A DNA stretch of 64,000 nt from Negativicutes bacterium (GTDB lineage: Bacteria > Bacillota > Negativicutes > JAAYSF01): the NCBI GenBank assembly GCA_028707635.1, contig JAQWAQ010000002.1, positions 11,802-75,801 of the forward strand, given 5' to 3'. Both the position numbers and the translations under genes were made by a program. The stretch's first letter is position 1. The number at the start of each line of letters is the position of its first letter. This document shows positions 1 to 9,895 of this stretch, piece by piece. A model generated the notes under the pieces. It did no database searches and was not told where the DNA came from. It worked only from the letters and a program-made list of their open reading frames with translations.

Positions 1-1226
1 GTCAGGGATAATAATGTCAATAATATCGTCAACCGTGATAATGCCTAGAATAACTCCTTCGCTGTCCACAACAGGCACAGCAAGCAGACTGTACTTATTG
101 ATAATATCAACAACCTTCTGATGATTATCATCAGGCTCAACCGCGACCACTTTGGTATGCATAATATCATGAAGATAGGTTTCAGGCGCTGCCACGATCA
201 GTTCACGCAGCGATAACACGCCCTGTAAATGTTCTTCTTCATCAGTAACAAATATGTAATAAATCGTCTCGGCCGCAGGCGCCAACTCGCGCAAGCGATT
301 GATCGTCTGGCCGACTGTCAACCGTTCAAAAAAGCTTACGTATTCAGTCGTCATCAAGGCCCCAGCAGTATCTTCCTCATACTGCATCAGCTCGCGTACT
401 TCTTCAGCATCTTCTAGTTCCATCAGATTTAACAAGCCCTGCGATTTTTCCTCCGACAGCTCACCTAATATATCAGCCGCTTCGTCAGGCGGCATCTCTT
501 CCAATATGTCTGATGCCCTGTTTTCATCCATGTGTTCAATAATCTCAACCTGGGTATCAAGATCCATCTCGGACAACGCGTCAATGGCCTGCTGTTCTTC
601 AAGATTATCGATAAATTCAGCCCGACGTTTATAATCCATTTCCTCAAGAATATTGGCAATATCAGCTGGGTGCAGCTGACCAAGCTGCTCTTTGTCCCGG
701 ACAAGCTGAAGGACTGATGTGCGTTTCTCCAGCGGTTTAATATGTTCAAACCCTAATAGCTGGTTCTCCCACCGTTTAAATAAAAATTCCAAGCCAAGCC
801 TTCTGAATAAACCCCGCACTCCAATATCAACGGCGACCAACACCATACAGCGGCGTTCTTTCTGCACCACCCACGACAACGTTATATCATTAACACGGAC
901 AAGGCGCGAACCTTTTAAATCAATAATCTGCTTATCAAGCAGCCATTTACTAATATAAATATCTTCATCCTTAAGCGGAATGACCTGTTGTTCAGTAAAA
1001 CCGTTTACCAAAACAAGCCCTTTATCACTGAAATTTTCGACCCGATCTATGGGAATCAGTTCATGCTTCTTTCGAGCATACTTGATGCCAACGACCTGCG
1101 GTGATGCGCTGTCCCAGCGCATTGCCATATCTTTGACACTGCCCAGTTTACGCCCAGCTGCATCATAAATCGCTTTGCCCTGCAAAGAACTGAAATAATA
1201 CGCACCAAGAACTGTTACGGCATTCA
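1..1226 (-). CDS. mgtE: Magnesium transporter MgtE, N-terminal cytoplasmic part (PRC-barrel-like extension, MgtE_N, tandem CBS); membrane domain lies beyond window start
   Basis: Minus-strand frame open from ATG at 1224-1226 (RBS AAGGAGGG upstream) to position 1 with no stop. Translation contains ...EMDYKRRAEFIDNLEEQQAIDALSEMD... and a CBS pair (...VLGIITVDDIIDIIIP). It is missing from the ORF track only because no stop occurs in the window. An M-box leader lies immediately upstream. Confidence 0.75.
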
Positions 1227-1357
1227 TGCTATTCCCCTCCTTCACCCCCGGACTCCGGTCCGCGGTTTATCTTATGAGCGTGTAAGGCAAAATGCCCTAC
1301 TGTGTAATTAAAACTATGATAAGGTCCGGAATCCACCAAACCACCTCCTTCTAAAGA

Positions 1358-1572
1358 ACCCTAAAAACAAAAACATAAGGCCTCGGAAAACCGAAGGCCT
1401 TACTATAAGCACGTTTGACCTTCCCTCCTCGTTGAGCTTTAGCACTATATGACGTAGAGAATTCTCAGCCACATTAAGTAAAACCTTAATCCGATAATAC
1501 CTGTTCAACCCATTGGCGTCTTTCGACGTTTCCGGGCAGTGGCCTATATTCATACAGGAGCCTCACCTAACA
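1358..1572 (-). promoter_or_regulatory. M-box (ykoK-type) Mg2+ riboswitch with intrinsic terminator expression platform, leader of mgtE
   Basis: Minus strand reads GTTAGGTGAGGCTCCTGTATGAATATAGGCCACTGCCCGGAAACGTCGAAAGACGCCAATGGGTTGAACAGG...GGTTTTACTTAATGTGGCTGAGAATTCTCTACGTCATATAGTGCTAAAGCTCAACGAGGAGGGAAGG, which closely tracks the B. subtilis mgtE M-box as I remember it. It is followed by the hairpin TAAGGCCTTCGGTTTTCCGAGGCCTTA and a T-run (1358-1401). Confidence 0.8.
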
Positions 1573-1603
1573 GAGAAACTTTTAAATTATACAAGTCATT
1601 ATT

Positions 1604-1633
1604 ATTATATGCTTCGGCTTGATAGCCCGTCAA
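1604..1633 (-). promoter_or_regulatory. Sigma-A-type promoter for the mgtE M-box leader (-35 TTGACG, 18-nt spacer, -10 TATAAT)
   Basis: Reverse complement of 1604-1633 reads TTGACGGGCTATCAAGCCGAAGCATATAAT. A TSS would fall about 25 nt before the aptamer. Confidence 0.5.
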
Positions 1634-1638
1634 TTTTT

Positions 1639-1803
1639 ATTATGCATTTTGGAATAATCGATAGATAGGCAATGCAAGGCCTAGAATAATCATAACATAT
1701 ACGCCGTAGGCGCCTACTTTGTTGTCATTATCCTTGAGCCACTGCGCAAAACTATACGCATGAACAGCAGCCAATATGGCTATGAGTATTGATAGGTACT
1801 GCA
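1639..1803 (-). CDS. Small two-helix membrane protein (54 aa), candidate germinant-receptor D-subunit-like protein
   Basis: ATG at 1801-1803 preceded by AACAGGAGGG. Translation MQYLSILIAILAAVHAYSFAQWLKDNDNKVGAYGVYVMIILGLALPIYRLFQNA. Sits 14 nt downstream of the GerAC-like gene; below the 60-aa ORF-track cutoff. Confidence 0.45.
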
Positions 1804-1816
1804 TAGCACCCTCCTG

Positions 1817-3082
1817 TTAATTGTCACTACCATTAATCGGGGAAGTCTTCCACATGAGACCGGTTCGCCGGATCCTAGTCTTAACCGTAACATCAATGTC
1901 TGCTTTGCTATATAAATCAGCCCAATCAATCTGCATAAACTCATTGTAGGTCCGGAAGTTCTTCCGCGCAGGATAGCCAAACCCGACAACATCGGCCCGC
2001 ATACCTTGCGTCTTATGCAGCATAGTGAGGATATCCTGCTTAATCGTTTGTGAAATATGCTCCTCAAGCAACTTGCGATAGTCTTCCCTTTCATAACTAA
2101 CGCCGCTGCCTATAGAGCTTATCTCCCCTTCCAAAAATATTTCTCCCTTTAACTTTGCCTGATCATTGTGAATATCAGCATCTAGCTTAGTATTTCGGCC
2201 TAACCGCAAATTCAGGACTATATGCTTACCTGCAACAAGCGGGTCATCAATAGTAAAAAAGGGGTTCTGCAAATTATTTCTTAGAATAGCCATCATTCGA
2301 GTTTCCTGATTCGTAAGCTTGCCCACCAACTTATCTTCCCGGAATACGGCGGTGCCAAGAAACTCGGCGAGATTGGGTTTTTCTTTATCAGTCTCCTCCT
2401 CGCCCCGCGGTATCTGGCCTGCTAGATAGTCGTCAACCGAATCAGATGGTTTCTTCGGAATAGAAGATGCCTGTTCAGAATCTTTGCCACTGATTCCGGC
2501 CAATACAGCAATAGGCGCAGCGCTGCCGCTTTTCATCCTGCTATAAAAGTCGTGCAAATTAACACTCGGAAAATAGCTTGATTGATCAGCACTCAGCAAT
2601 ATTGTTTCGTAGTAACGTGACACCACCAACTCCATCTTGGGCTTATTCTTGCTAATAAAATTTTGGGCCGTATCATCATTTACAATAATTATTTTCATTC
2701 CGCCTCGAAATTCTCTAAATCGCATAAAAACTCCAAGAACCTCACCCAAGCCTTGTCGCGCTAGCGATTCGCCAATGATCAAAACTTTGGTATGCGATAG
2801 ATTTAGCGTTCGCGCTACAACCGAATTAAATAAATCGCGAGCTTCAGATGTGCTTTCAGCTGTTAACGTGATGGATAATGCCGGTTCACCTGATGCACCT
2901 TCACCGGTTAATGCCCGGGGTATAGCCATCTGATAAGTCACATCGAGCTTGCCTTCTTGCTTGCTCTTATCAAGCCCCATGACTAACACATATGCAATAT
3001 CATCAGTCTCTTGCCCCCCAAAACAGCCTGCGGTGAAAACCGCTGCTAATATCATCAGGCTTACTATAGCCAGTCTTAACAC
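1817..3082 (-). CDS. Spore germination protein, Ger(x)C family lipoprotein
   Basis: 421 aa with lipobox ...AAVFTAGC and typical GerAC-family length; third gene of an A-B-C operon with overlapping stops and starts. Confidence 0.8.
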   Translation of the reverse strand: MLRLAIVSLMILAAVFTAGCFGGQETDDIAYVLVMGLDKSKQEGKLDVTYQMAIPRALTGEGASGEPALSITLTAESTSEARDLFNSVVARTLNLSHTKVLIIGESLARQGLGEVLGVFMRFREFRGGMKIIIVNDDTAQNFISKNKPKMELVVSRYYETILLSADQSSYFPSVNLHDFYSRMKSGSAAPIAVLAGISGKDSEQASSIPKKPSDSVDDYLAGQIPRGEEETDKEKPNLAEFLGTAVFREDKLVGKLTNQETRMMAILRNNLQNPFFTIDDPLVAGKHIVLNLRLGRNTKLDADIHNDQAKLKGEIFLEGEISSIGSGVSYEREDYRKLLEEHISQTIKQDILTMLHKTQGMRADVVGFGYPARKNFRTYNEFMQIDWADLYSKADIDVTVKTRIRRTGLMWKTSPINGSDN

Positions 3083-4176
3083 TTGGTGCCCCTCCCTTTC
3101 TTCTGTTTGAAGGAGGCAGCCGCTATAATTACTGTTGGTATACCGTAAAGGCCAATATTAAAATAAGTCGAAATGAGGATTCCATCCCAAATAAGGACTG
3201 TCGTAATATCCGGGGGCATCATGGCGATTTGAGCAAGAAAGATACCAACAATTGGGATCAATGGCCGCATTGTGGGCAGATTGAGAAGCCGAGTAATGAG
3301 ATAAAGCCCCATGTAGAAGTTAATCGCCAAAGCAAACACCCCGGCAACAACCCAGAGAATGATAAACAGGGCTTCAATGTGCTGAATATAACGGCTCAGA
3401 TAAACTAGCCGGGCCATTTCAAAGAACGGTAAAACCTTCTCTCGGGCTACCTCATTACCAAAAGTCAGCGAAAAGCCCAGGACAGTTACCACCTTTAGAA
3501 TCGTGCTCAAGCCAAGACCCCAAATAGCCACCTGTCTCATTGTCTGTGCGCTTTGAAAGGCCGGTGCTAAAATGATAATCGCAAAGCTTCCGGCTCCCGC
3601 ACCTGCAAAGATCAGCCCGACCGGAATGACTTTCTCCAAGCCTGTCCCTTGCCACGGCAAGAGATTGTAATAGTTATAAGAAGGTATGAGTAGTAATACC
3701 ACTAAAATCAACGCCGAAATTGAAAATGGCATTATTATGTAATTGCTCCTAACAACGCCTTCAAGTCCCGGATAGATCACCACAGCAGCCACAGCGATGT
3801 AGAGTAGAACAACCACCGAAAATTCAATATTAGGGAGTGCAGTAAGTAATGTATTCTCGGCAAACTGCCGCAATATCAATACCGAATCGCAAAAGAATAG
3901 ACCAACATAGTAAAGAGCCACAATCCAAGCACCAACTTGCCCCAATAGTTTGCGGCAAACAGTGTATAAATCACCCGGGAACTTACTCAGGACATAGGTC
4001 ATAGCCACTAGCATTACAATGCCCGCCACACCACTGACAAGCGGAATTAGCCAAGCGGCACCAGCCCCCTGTTCAATCGTCTGTGCCGAAGTCGACAAAA
4101 ATACAAACGGGATAGTGATCATGTATATAAGCGATATCCCTGCTGCTACCCCCATTTGCCCTGTCTGGTAGCTCAT
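3076..4176 (-). CDS. Spore germination protein, Ger(x)B family (APC-superfamily permease)
   Basis: Polytopic membrane protein MSYQTGQMGVAAGISLIYMITIPFVF... The ATG overlaps the GerAA stop (TAATG) and a GGAGGGAGGAGG RBS lies upstream. The ORF-track start at 4215 is probably an upstream extension. Confidence 0.8.
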   Translation of the reverse strand: MSYQTGQMGVAAGISLIYMITIPFVFLSTSAQTIEQGAGAAWLIPLVSGVAGIVMLVAMTYVLSKFPGDLYTVCRKLLGQVGAWIVALYYVGLFFCDSVLILRQFAENTLLTALPNIEFSVVVLLYIAVAAVVIYPGLEGVVRSNYIIMPFSISALILVVLLLIPSYNYYNLLPWQGTGLEKVIPVGLIFAGAGAGSFAIIILAPAFQSAQTMRQVAIWGLGLSTILKVVTVLGFSLTFGNEVAREKVLPFFEMARLVYLSRYIQHIEALFIILWVVAGVFALAINFYMGLYLITRLLNLPTMRPLIPIVGIFLAQIAMMPPDITTVLIWDGILISTYFNIGLYGIPTVIIAAASFKQKKGRGTKC

Positions 4177-6053
4177 TATTCCTCCTCCCTTCCGGCCGGC
4201 GGTTCGGTAATCCATTTACGGCTAATGTGCGGCTGTCGCCGTTGATTTCGAGTATTAAGAGCATCCGGCCGCATTTCCTGCCGGAAAACAGGTCCACGTA
4301 GAACAGTATCAAAGCCAGGCTTTGTTTTGGGACCGATCGGTACCATGTAGGGCATTCCGAATGATTTCATACTGCTCAAAAGAACAGAAACCAGCAACAA
4401 AGCTATCGCGACCCCGACTAATCCGAGTGTTGCCCCTAGAAGCAAAAAACCAAACCGCAAAACTCGAAACGCTGATGACAGCCGGTAGTCGGGTATTGTA
4501 AATGATGCCAGGCCAGTAATGGCAATAATAATAACCGTTATTGGACTTACAAGATTTGCTTGGACAGCTGCTTGACCTAAAATAAGCGCACCGACAATAC
4601 CAATAGTCGAACCCAGCAAGCCCGGTATTCTAAGTCCTGCCTCACGAATTAACTCAAACGCTAATTCCATAAGAACGACTTCAAAGGCAGCCGGGAAGGG
4701 AACCCTTTCCCGCGCACCGGCGATCGCGAGAGCTAACTCAGTGGGCAGCGCCTCTTGATGAAAGTAGATAATCGCCAGATATGCCGCAGGTAAAATAACG
4801 GCTAGAATTGTCCCAATCAGCCGTACGACCCGCATAAAATCCCCCATCGGCCGTTTTATACTAAAGTCCTCAGCCGAATGAAAAAAAGTGAAAAAGCTAA
4901 CCGGTACCAAATGAACAAACGGTGTACCATCGAGAAGAATAGCAACCCTGCCTTCAGCAAGATGAGACGTCACTCGATCGACACGCTCAGTAGACAGCAT
5001 CTGCGGAAAAGGAATCGTGGGATGATCCTCGATAAATTGCTCTAAAACTCCTAAATCATTAATATAATCTGTTGATATATTGTCGATTCTTCGCTTTACT
5101 TCAGCAACTAATTTAGGATTGGCTACCGACTTCAAGTACATAAAAGCGCACTTTACCGGAATCCGGTCTCCGACAGGAATAATTTCGGTAACAAGATCAT
5201 TCGTCTGCATCATTGACCTAATAAGACCAGTATTGACTCGCAAGGCTTCAGCAAAGGCAGCCTGTGCCCCCCGGACCGACTGCTCAATCTGTGGACGTTC
5301 GGGGCCACGATGTTCAAACCCCTTTGTCTCAATAACAGCCGCCCCCGGCACACCTTCAATAAACAGCACGCTATCGCCGCTATTGAGCCCCTCGGCTACT
5401 TCCTTGAACATGGTAGCCTTTTTAGCTTGATTACTGGGCAGACACTCATCGACAATATAAGTCAATAGCTCTTGACCGCTAATTTCCTTCGCCAGATCAT
5501 CCCACTTCATCAAAGGCTTGAGAACACTCTGATTGATTACCTGTTTATCAATAAGGCCGTCTACAAAGATAAGCATAGCTTTGACCGGCATTGGCCCTGG
5601 AATTATAAAGTCCCGCATTACGATGTCTTTGTTGGTCGGCAAGTTATACAGCTCTTTAATAATTCTCGCATTTTCATCGATTCTAGCGCTCACAGACCGT
5701 TCAATCGGTTTTAAATCATGATCATAGCTTAAGAGAATCGGCTCAACCTCGCGCTCCTGTTCTTCAAGAATCTTGAGTTTTTTCGCCACTTCCCGTACTC
5801 TTGACAGATCCTGATTATTAATAGCGACTTGTGCTTTCTCCATAAGCGCACGCAGCTCGCTAGCATATTTCAACTGCGAGTCAAGTTCTTGGGCCGCGGT
5901 TTCTAGCCCCTGCTTTGCGTCAGGTAAATAATCTTGTCCTTTATCGTCGACCGTCTCATTAAGAACAAAAGGCCGGGGCAAACGTGGCGGCTGATAAAGC
6001 AGCATGTTTTTCAAAAAATAAACCAGATCCGATAGAACATTGTTTCCCACCAC
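4176..6053 (-). CDS. Spore germination protein, GerA (A-subunit) family, with about 150-aa coiled-coil N-terminal extension
   Basis: GerA-family core (...VPGAAVIETKGFEHRGPERPQIEQSVRGAQAAFAEALRVNTGLIRSM...) and C-terminal TM helices. 625 aa, longer than typical A subunits. Confidence 0.8.
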   Translation of the reverse strand: MVGNNVLSDLVYFLKNMLLYQPPRLPRPFVLNETVDDKGQDYLPDAKQGLETAAQELDSQLKYASELRALMEKAQVAINNQDLSRVREVAKKLKILEEQEREVEPILLSYDHDLKPIERSVSARIDENARIIKELYNLPTNKDIVMRDFIIPGPMPVKAMLIFVDGLIDKQVINQSVLKPLMKWDDLAKEISGQELLTYIVDECLPSNQAKKATMFKEVAEGLNSGDSVLFIEGVPGAAVIETKGFEHRGPERPQIEQSVRGAQAAFAEALRVNTGLIRSMMQTNDLVTEIIPVGDRIPVKCAFMYLKSVANPKLVAEVKRRIDNISTDYINDLGVLEQFIEDHPTIPFPQMLSTERVDRVTSHLAEGRVAILLDGTPFVHLVPVSFFTFFHSAEDFSIKRPMGDFMRVVRLIGTILAVILPAAYLAIIYFHQEALPTELALAIAGARERVPFPAAFEVVLMELAFELIREAGLRIPGLLGSTIGIVGALILGQAAVQANLVSPITVIIIAITGLASFTIPDYRLSSAFRVLRFGFLLLGATLGLVGVAIALLLVSVLLSSMKSFGMPYMVPIGPKTKPGFDTVLRGPVFRQEMRPDALNTRNQRRQPHISRKWITEPPAGREEE

Positions 6054-6191
6054 TTCACCCTCCCATCAACCATTACTGGATATTATGCTCAGGTTTGCCT
6101 TTTTTAAACAGAGTGGTTTTCGGCCGCAAGAGTAACGGGGGTCAGGCCTTGCATAATTGCATTTCAGGCTACTCCTAACTGGGCAACGGGG

Positions 6192-6776
6192 TCATAATCC
6201 CTTAACTCGCGACTCGTTTAATTCCCCATCACGATACCAGCTCGCTTTCCCTCTGATTATATCTCCGCCGCTACCAGGCTGATCACCGTCTTTCAGAAAC
6301 CACAGATCCCAGCGTTCCCAGGTGGTATCAGGCCCATAATCATCAAGATTAGCAGCCTCGGCATGGGTCATAACATGAGCCCCATTAAGCGGAATATCCA
6401 TACAAGTGCAAAGCACTGCCACAACTTGAGCCAGACATTCAATCTGTATATCAGTAGGCGGCTCATCACCAAGGCTGTTTGAAGTTGCCCCAGCACAGCA
6501 CGCCAGCGCGATTCCGATAGCCCCAGTATTGCGCCGCCACGTATGGGCTTTAATCTCAGCCAAATTATCTGCCGTGATATACACGCTGCCATCGGCATCA
6601 ATATTGATGTGATAATCATCATAGAACTGGCCATAACGACCAGCTGTCCAATGCAAGTAAAGCTTGGCTTCCCTATCGACCGACCGAGCTGTTTGCCATA
6701 ATTCATCACGATCAGTCAGGGCCCGATCGCGCAACTCACCTAATGAAATAAACTGGCCTCTTACTAATCCTGCCAT
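6192..6776 (-). CDS. N-acetylmuramoyl-L-alanine amidase, amidase_2/PGRP-like domain protein
   Basis: 194 aa ...LYLHWTAGRYGQ...AHTWRRNTGAIGIALACCAG... resembling the amidase_2 fold; GAGGAG RBS upstream. Confidence 0.5.
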   Translation of the reverse strand: MAGLVRGQFISLGELRDRALTDRDELWQTARSVDREAKLYLHWTAGRYGQFYDDYHINIDADGSVYITADNLAEIKAHTWRRNTGAIGIALACCAGATSNSLGDEPPTDIQIECLAQVVAVLCTCMDIPLNGAHVMTHAEAANLDDYGPDTTWERWDLWFLKDGDQPGSGGDIIRGKASWYRDGELNESRVKGL

Positions 6777-6895
6777 AAGTTCATCTCCTCTCTACTGCTT
6801 CCCAAGTCTCCTACCTATTCCTATCATGGTAAAAGCCTCACTTCATTTTATTCAGAACCATCAATCTGAGTTACGAATCTACTGAGGAAATTAAA

Positions 6896-6931
6896 AAACC
6901 TCCACCGTTTTAAACGGGAGAGGTTAACTTT
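6896..6931 (-). terminator. Intrinsic terminator after the PHP phosphatase gene
   Basis: Hairpin CCTCTCCCGTTTAAAACGGTGGAGG followed by TTTTTTAATTT on the minus strand. Confidence 0.5.
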
Positions 6932-7702
6932 CTATTTCACATAATAGGCTTGTCTTTCTTTAAAATACACTGCCTTGAGCCCGCAGGCTGCTGCTAAAGC
7001 CATACCGTCTGCTAAGCCCCGGCCGATATCAGCCGGCTTGTGTGCATCAGATCCGACGGTAACTAACTTGCCGCCTAGTTCAGCAAAGCGTTTATAAATC
7101 GGCATAAGAAGATCTATCGACTTCTGATCAGTAATCCGCCGCGTATTAATTTCAAGTGCTTTCTCCTGCTCAACAACAATCTTGAGAACGGCATCAATAG
7201 CTTCAGCGAACTCATCATAATAAATCTCCGGATCACTAAACCGGGCATACCGGGCTATATAGTCAATATGGCCCAGACTGTCAATAAAATCATAGCATTT
7301 CATGCACTCCAGCATGGCCTCAAAATAACGACTGTAAACATATTGCTTGGTATGGCTGCAATAAAATGATTCATGATAAATATCAATATTGTCAATTACA
7401 TGAATAGACCCGATCACAAAGTCAACCTCGACCTGCCGAACCAAGTCGCGATTATCCTGGAGGCAATCATTCCGCATACCGATTTCAATCCCCAGCAATA
7501 CATCATCACGGCGAAATTTACTATACGTTGTCAGATATTCATCGACATCAAACTGAAAGGCATTGGAATCAGGATAACCTAAATCCATATGTTCAGTGAT
7601 GATAATGCCGATACTCTGCTCCTGTCCTTTACGAATCGCGTCTTCTATTTTCATTGTTGAATCTGTCGAGAAGGTGGTATGCATATGAGTATCAAACAGC
7701 AT
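6932..7702 (-). CDS. Histidinol-phosphatase, PHP family (HisK/HisJ-like)
   Basis: 256 aa starting MLFDTHMHTTFSTD...; PHP-domain His/Asp pattern and typical length. Confidence 0.75.
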   Translation of the reverse strand: MLFDTHMHTTFSTDSTMKIEDAIRKGQEQSIGIIITEHMDLGYPDSNAFQFDVDEYLTTYSKFRRDDVLLGIEIGMRNDCLQDNRDLVRQVEVDFVIGSIHVIDNIDIYHESFYCSHTKQYVYSRYFEAMLECMKCYDFIDSLGHIDYIARYARFSDPEIYYDEFAEAIDAVLKIVVEQEKALEINTRRITDQKSIDLLMPIYKRFAELGGKLVTVGSDAHKPADIGRGLADGMALAAACGLKAVYFKERQAYYVK

Positions 7703-7783
7703 GTAAAAACTCCTTCCTACTGCAGTTTCTTGTTATTAGTATCGTCAGTCAACTCGGATTAAATGTTGTCGTTAACAGGCCTA

Positions 7784-8032
7784 TTAATTATCATTTAAAT
7801 AGTTTTTCCGTTTTTTTGAAGCAAATAATTGGCGAAAGCCAGCAATGCCATTGCTAAAAGCAAATAACGCAGCACCCCATAAGGCTATTCCTGGTAAAAT
7901 CTCTCCTTCTGTCCCAATAATAAAAAGCCCGGCCCCAAAGGCAACAAAAGCCATTATTAAATGAAAGCTAAAATGAAGCAGCCAAAACCAAGAAAACCCC
8001 CGAAGACTAGGGCCTTGATACTGCGCCTTCAT
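7784..8032 (-). CDS. Small membrane protein (82 aa), hypothetical
   Basis: Internal ATG at 8030-8032 preceded by GGAGGTGA; two predicted TM helices. The longer ORF-track version (to 8230) has no RBS. Confidence 0.45.
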   Translation of the reverse strand: MKAQYQGPSLRGFSWFWLLHFSFHLIMAFVAFGAGLFIIGTEGEILPGIALWGAALFAFSNGIAGFRQLFASKKRKNYLNDN

Positions 8033-8129
8033 AGCATCACCTCCGCTGTTATTATTATACCAGTATATGGTTAGTCTATGACACATCAATTTCTTCAAAT
8101 AGTAAAAACTAACTCTGGAGGTGACATAT

Positions 8130-8519
8130 ATGGACGGAGTAGTTTGCACTAATTGCCACACTTGGCTGGCCATCGACCTCGAAACCTGCCCTAGTTGCGG
8201 CACCGGGATTGTTTTAGATGGAGAAACCAAAAATGTAATTGACCGTCTTCAGCCTAATTGTCTCATTCACCGTTATGCCGGCTCTGATCTTTTAGAGCCA
8301 GCTGTATTTATCAAGGAAGGAAAGGTCAATGCTAAAGTTGCGACCAAATTAAAGGAATATGCCAAACCGCTGACAGTACCCAAAAACGAAATATATACCT
8401 TTAGCCAAGACACTTTGAGCTCCATCCAGGCTTTGCGCAACGAACGGACAGCTACAATCATGCGCTATGACCAGCTTATTGAATCACATTGGAAAAGCCT
8501 AAAACCATATAAAATTTAA
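8130..8519 (+). CDS. Hypothetical zinc-ribbon protein (CTNCHTW...CPSCGTG)
   Basis: ATG at 8130 seven nt after GGAGGTGA. A bidirectional terminator follows. Confidence 0.5.
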   Translation: MDGVVCTNCHTWLAIDLETCPSCGTGIVLDGETKNVIDRLQPNCLIHRYAGSDLLEPAVFIKEGKVNAKVATKLKEYAKPLTVPKNEIYTFSQDTLSSIQALRNERTATIMRYDQLIESHWKSLKPYKI

Positions 8520-8555
8520 GGAAAATCGAATCATAGTTGTACTTTCTAGTCGAAC

Positions 8556-8595
8556 GAAAAATCAGCTAGTCAATAAAGCTAGCTGATTTTTTATT
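8556..8595. terminator. Bidirectional intrinsic terminator
   Basis: AAAAATCAGCTAGTCAATAAAGCTAGCTGATTTTTT: perfect hairpin flanked by A-run and T-run, between convergent genes. Confidence 0.7.
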
Positions 8596-8622
8596 GTATT
8601 TATCGTATTTATTGATATCTCT

Positions 8623-9765
8623 TTATTTATACCATTCGGCCGAGGCGGCACCAACGGCAGCACCTGGCTGAACTTCGTAGCCAAGACTGATCAACGCTCG
8701 CTCTACAGCATTCAAGGTTACTACTACTTCAGCAAAGCAGATATTCCCCATATGGCCAATGCGGAAAATCTTGCCTTTAAGAGAACCTACGCCACCAGCA
8801 ACAACTAAGCCGAATTCTTCCATCTTGGCCCTGAATGCAACATCGTCAATCCCTGCAGGATATTTAACAACTGAAAGAGTCGGCGCTAGCGCTGCGGGTT
8901 TAGTAACAGGCTCAAGACCAATGGCAGCCAAACCGGCGCGAACACTGCGCCCGATAAGATCATGGCGGGCATAGCGGGCTTCCAAGCCTTCTTCAAGAAT
9001 CATTTTAACTGATTCATTAAGAGCCACAATATGATTTACTGGTGGGGTCGAGAAATAATTTGACGGGTTATCCATGATCGGCAACCAATTTTTAATGTCA
9101 GTATAGTAGCCAGCCACAGTGCCCAATTCTTCGCGACGCGCTACTACTTTATCACTCAACGCCAGCATAGTAAGCCCCGGCGGTGTCCCAAAAGCTTTTT
9201 GACAAGTGGTAACAATCATATCAATACCATAGTCTTTCATTGGCTCAGCGATACCGGCACTGGCGCATACACCGTCAAGAATAAACAACACGCCATACTT
9301 TTTCGCCAATTCACCGACTTCCTTAGGCTGAGACATAACGCCTGATGAAGTATCAACATGAGTCAGCGTCATGGCCGCATATTTTTTTGCAGCCAATTTC
9401 TCTTCAATTTGAGCCAGTGGCACTCTTTCACCATCCGGACAATTAAGTACATCGACATTGATGCCCAAGGCCTTAGCCATTGGAACAAATCGGTCACCAA
9501 AAACGCCATGGGTAACAACCAGCAGATCCTCACCCGGACGAACAGTGTTGACAAGGCCCATTTCCATCGACAACGTACCGGCTCCGCCGATGACAATCAT
9601 ATGATCGGCCTGGAAGATTTGCTTTAATCCGGCTAGGCAATCCTTATATATTTTTACAAACTTTCCAAAAGTATGTCCGTATGTCTGTACGGCCATCGCC
9701 TGTCTAATGGGTTCGGCTACAGGAGTCGGACCCGGAATCATAACCAACGGCGCCTGTTTAATCAC
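8623..9765 (-). CDS. Class V aminotransferase (serine-pyruvate / alanine-glyoxylate aminotransferase family)
   Basis: 380 aa, ...MIPGPTPV... at the N-terminus and a class-V PLP-fold architecture. GTG start with AAGGAG RBS. Confidence 0.75.
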   Translation of the reverse strand: MIKQAPLVMIPGPTPVAEPIRQAMAVQTYGHTFGKFVKIYKDCLAGLKQIFQADHMIVIGGAGTLSMEMGLVNTVRPGEDLLVVTHGVFGDRFVPMAKALGINVDVLNCPDGERVPLAQIEEKLAAKKYAAMTLTHVDTSSGVMSQPKEVGELAKKYGVLFILDGVCASAGIAEPMKDYGIDMIVTTCQKAFGTPPGLTMLALSDKVVARREELGTVAGYYTDIKNWLPIMDNPSNYFSTPPVNHIVALNESVKMILEEGLEARYARHDLIGRSVRAGLAAIGLEPVTKPAALAPTLSVVKYPAGIDDVAFRAKMEEFGLVVAGGVGSLKGKIFRIGHMGNICFAEVVVTLNAVERALISLGYEVQPGAAVGAASAEWYK

Positions 9766-9895
9766 ACATGACCACTCCTTCTATCCAATATAAATCCTTC
9801 TTCTAGTATTATAGGACGATTCATTAAACTCCTGCCTGAATTATCCATATTTTTCGATATTAAAAATTTACCCGATGACTACGCCGCACTAATGC

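Noticed and set aside
229-1168. Several 60-110-aa plus-strand ORFs (229-417, 299-634, 532-717, 719-958, 980-1168)
   Set aside because: All are antisense to the long uninterrupted MgtE reading frame. They are Ser/Arg-rich with low-complexity translations, typical of shadow ORFs.
1314-1553. 79-aa minus-strand ORF from the track
   Set aside because: Lies entirely within the M-box riboswitch and its terminator. No RBS; the sequence is explained by RNA structure.
6054-6191. Possible sigG/sigF-type promoter (CATAATA -10) upstream of the ger operon
   Set aside because: The -35 region (GTTTA) and spacing fit the forespore-sigma consensus only loosely. It cannot be distinguished from chance without TSS data.
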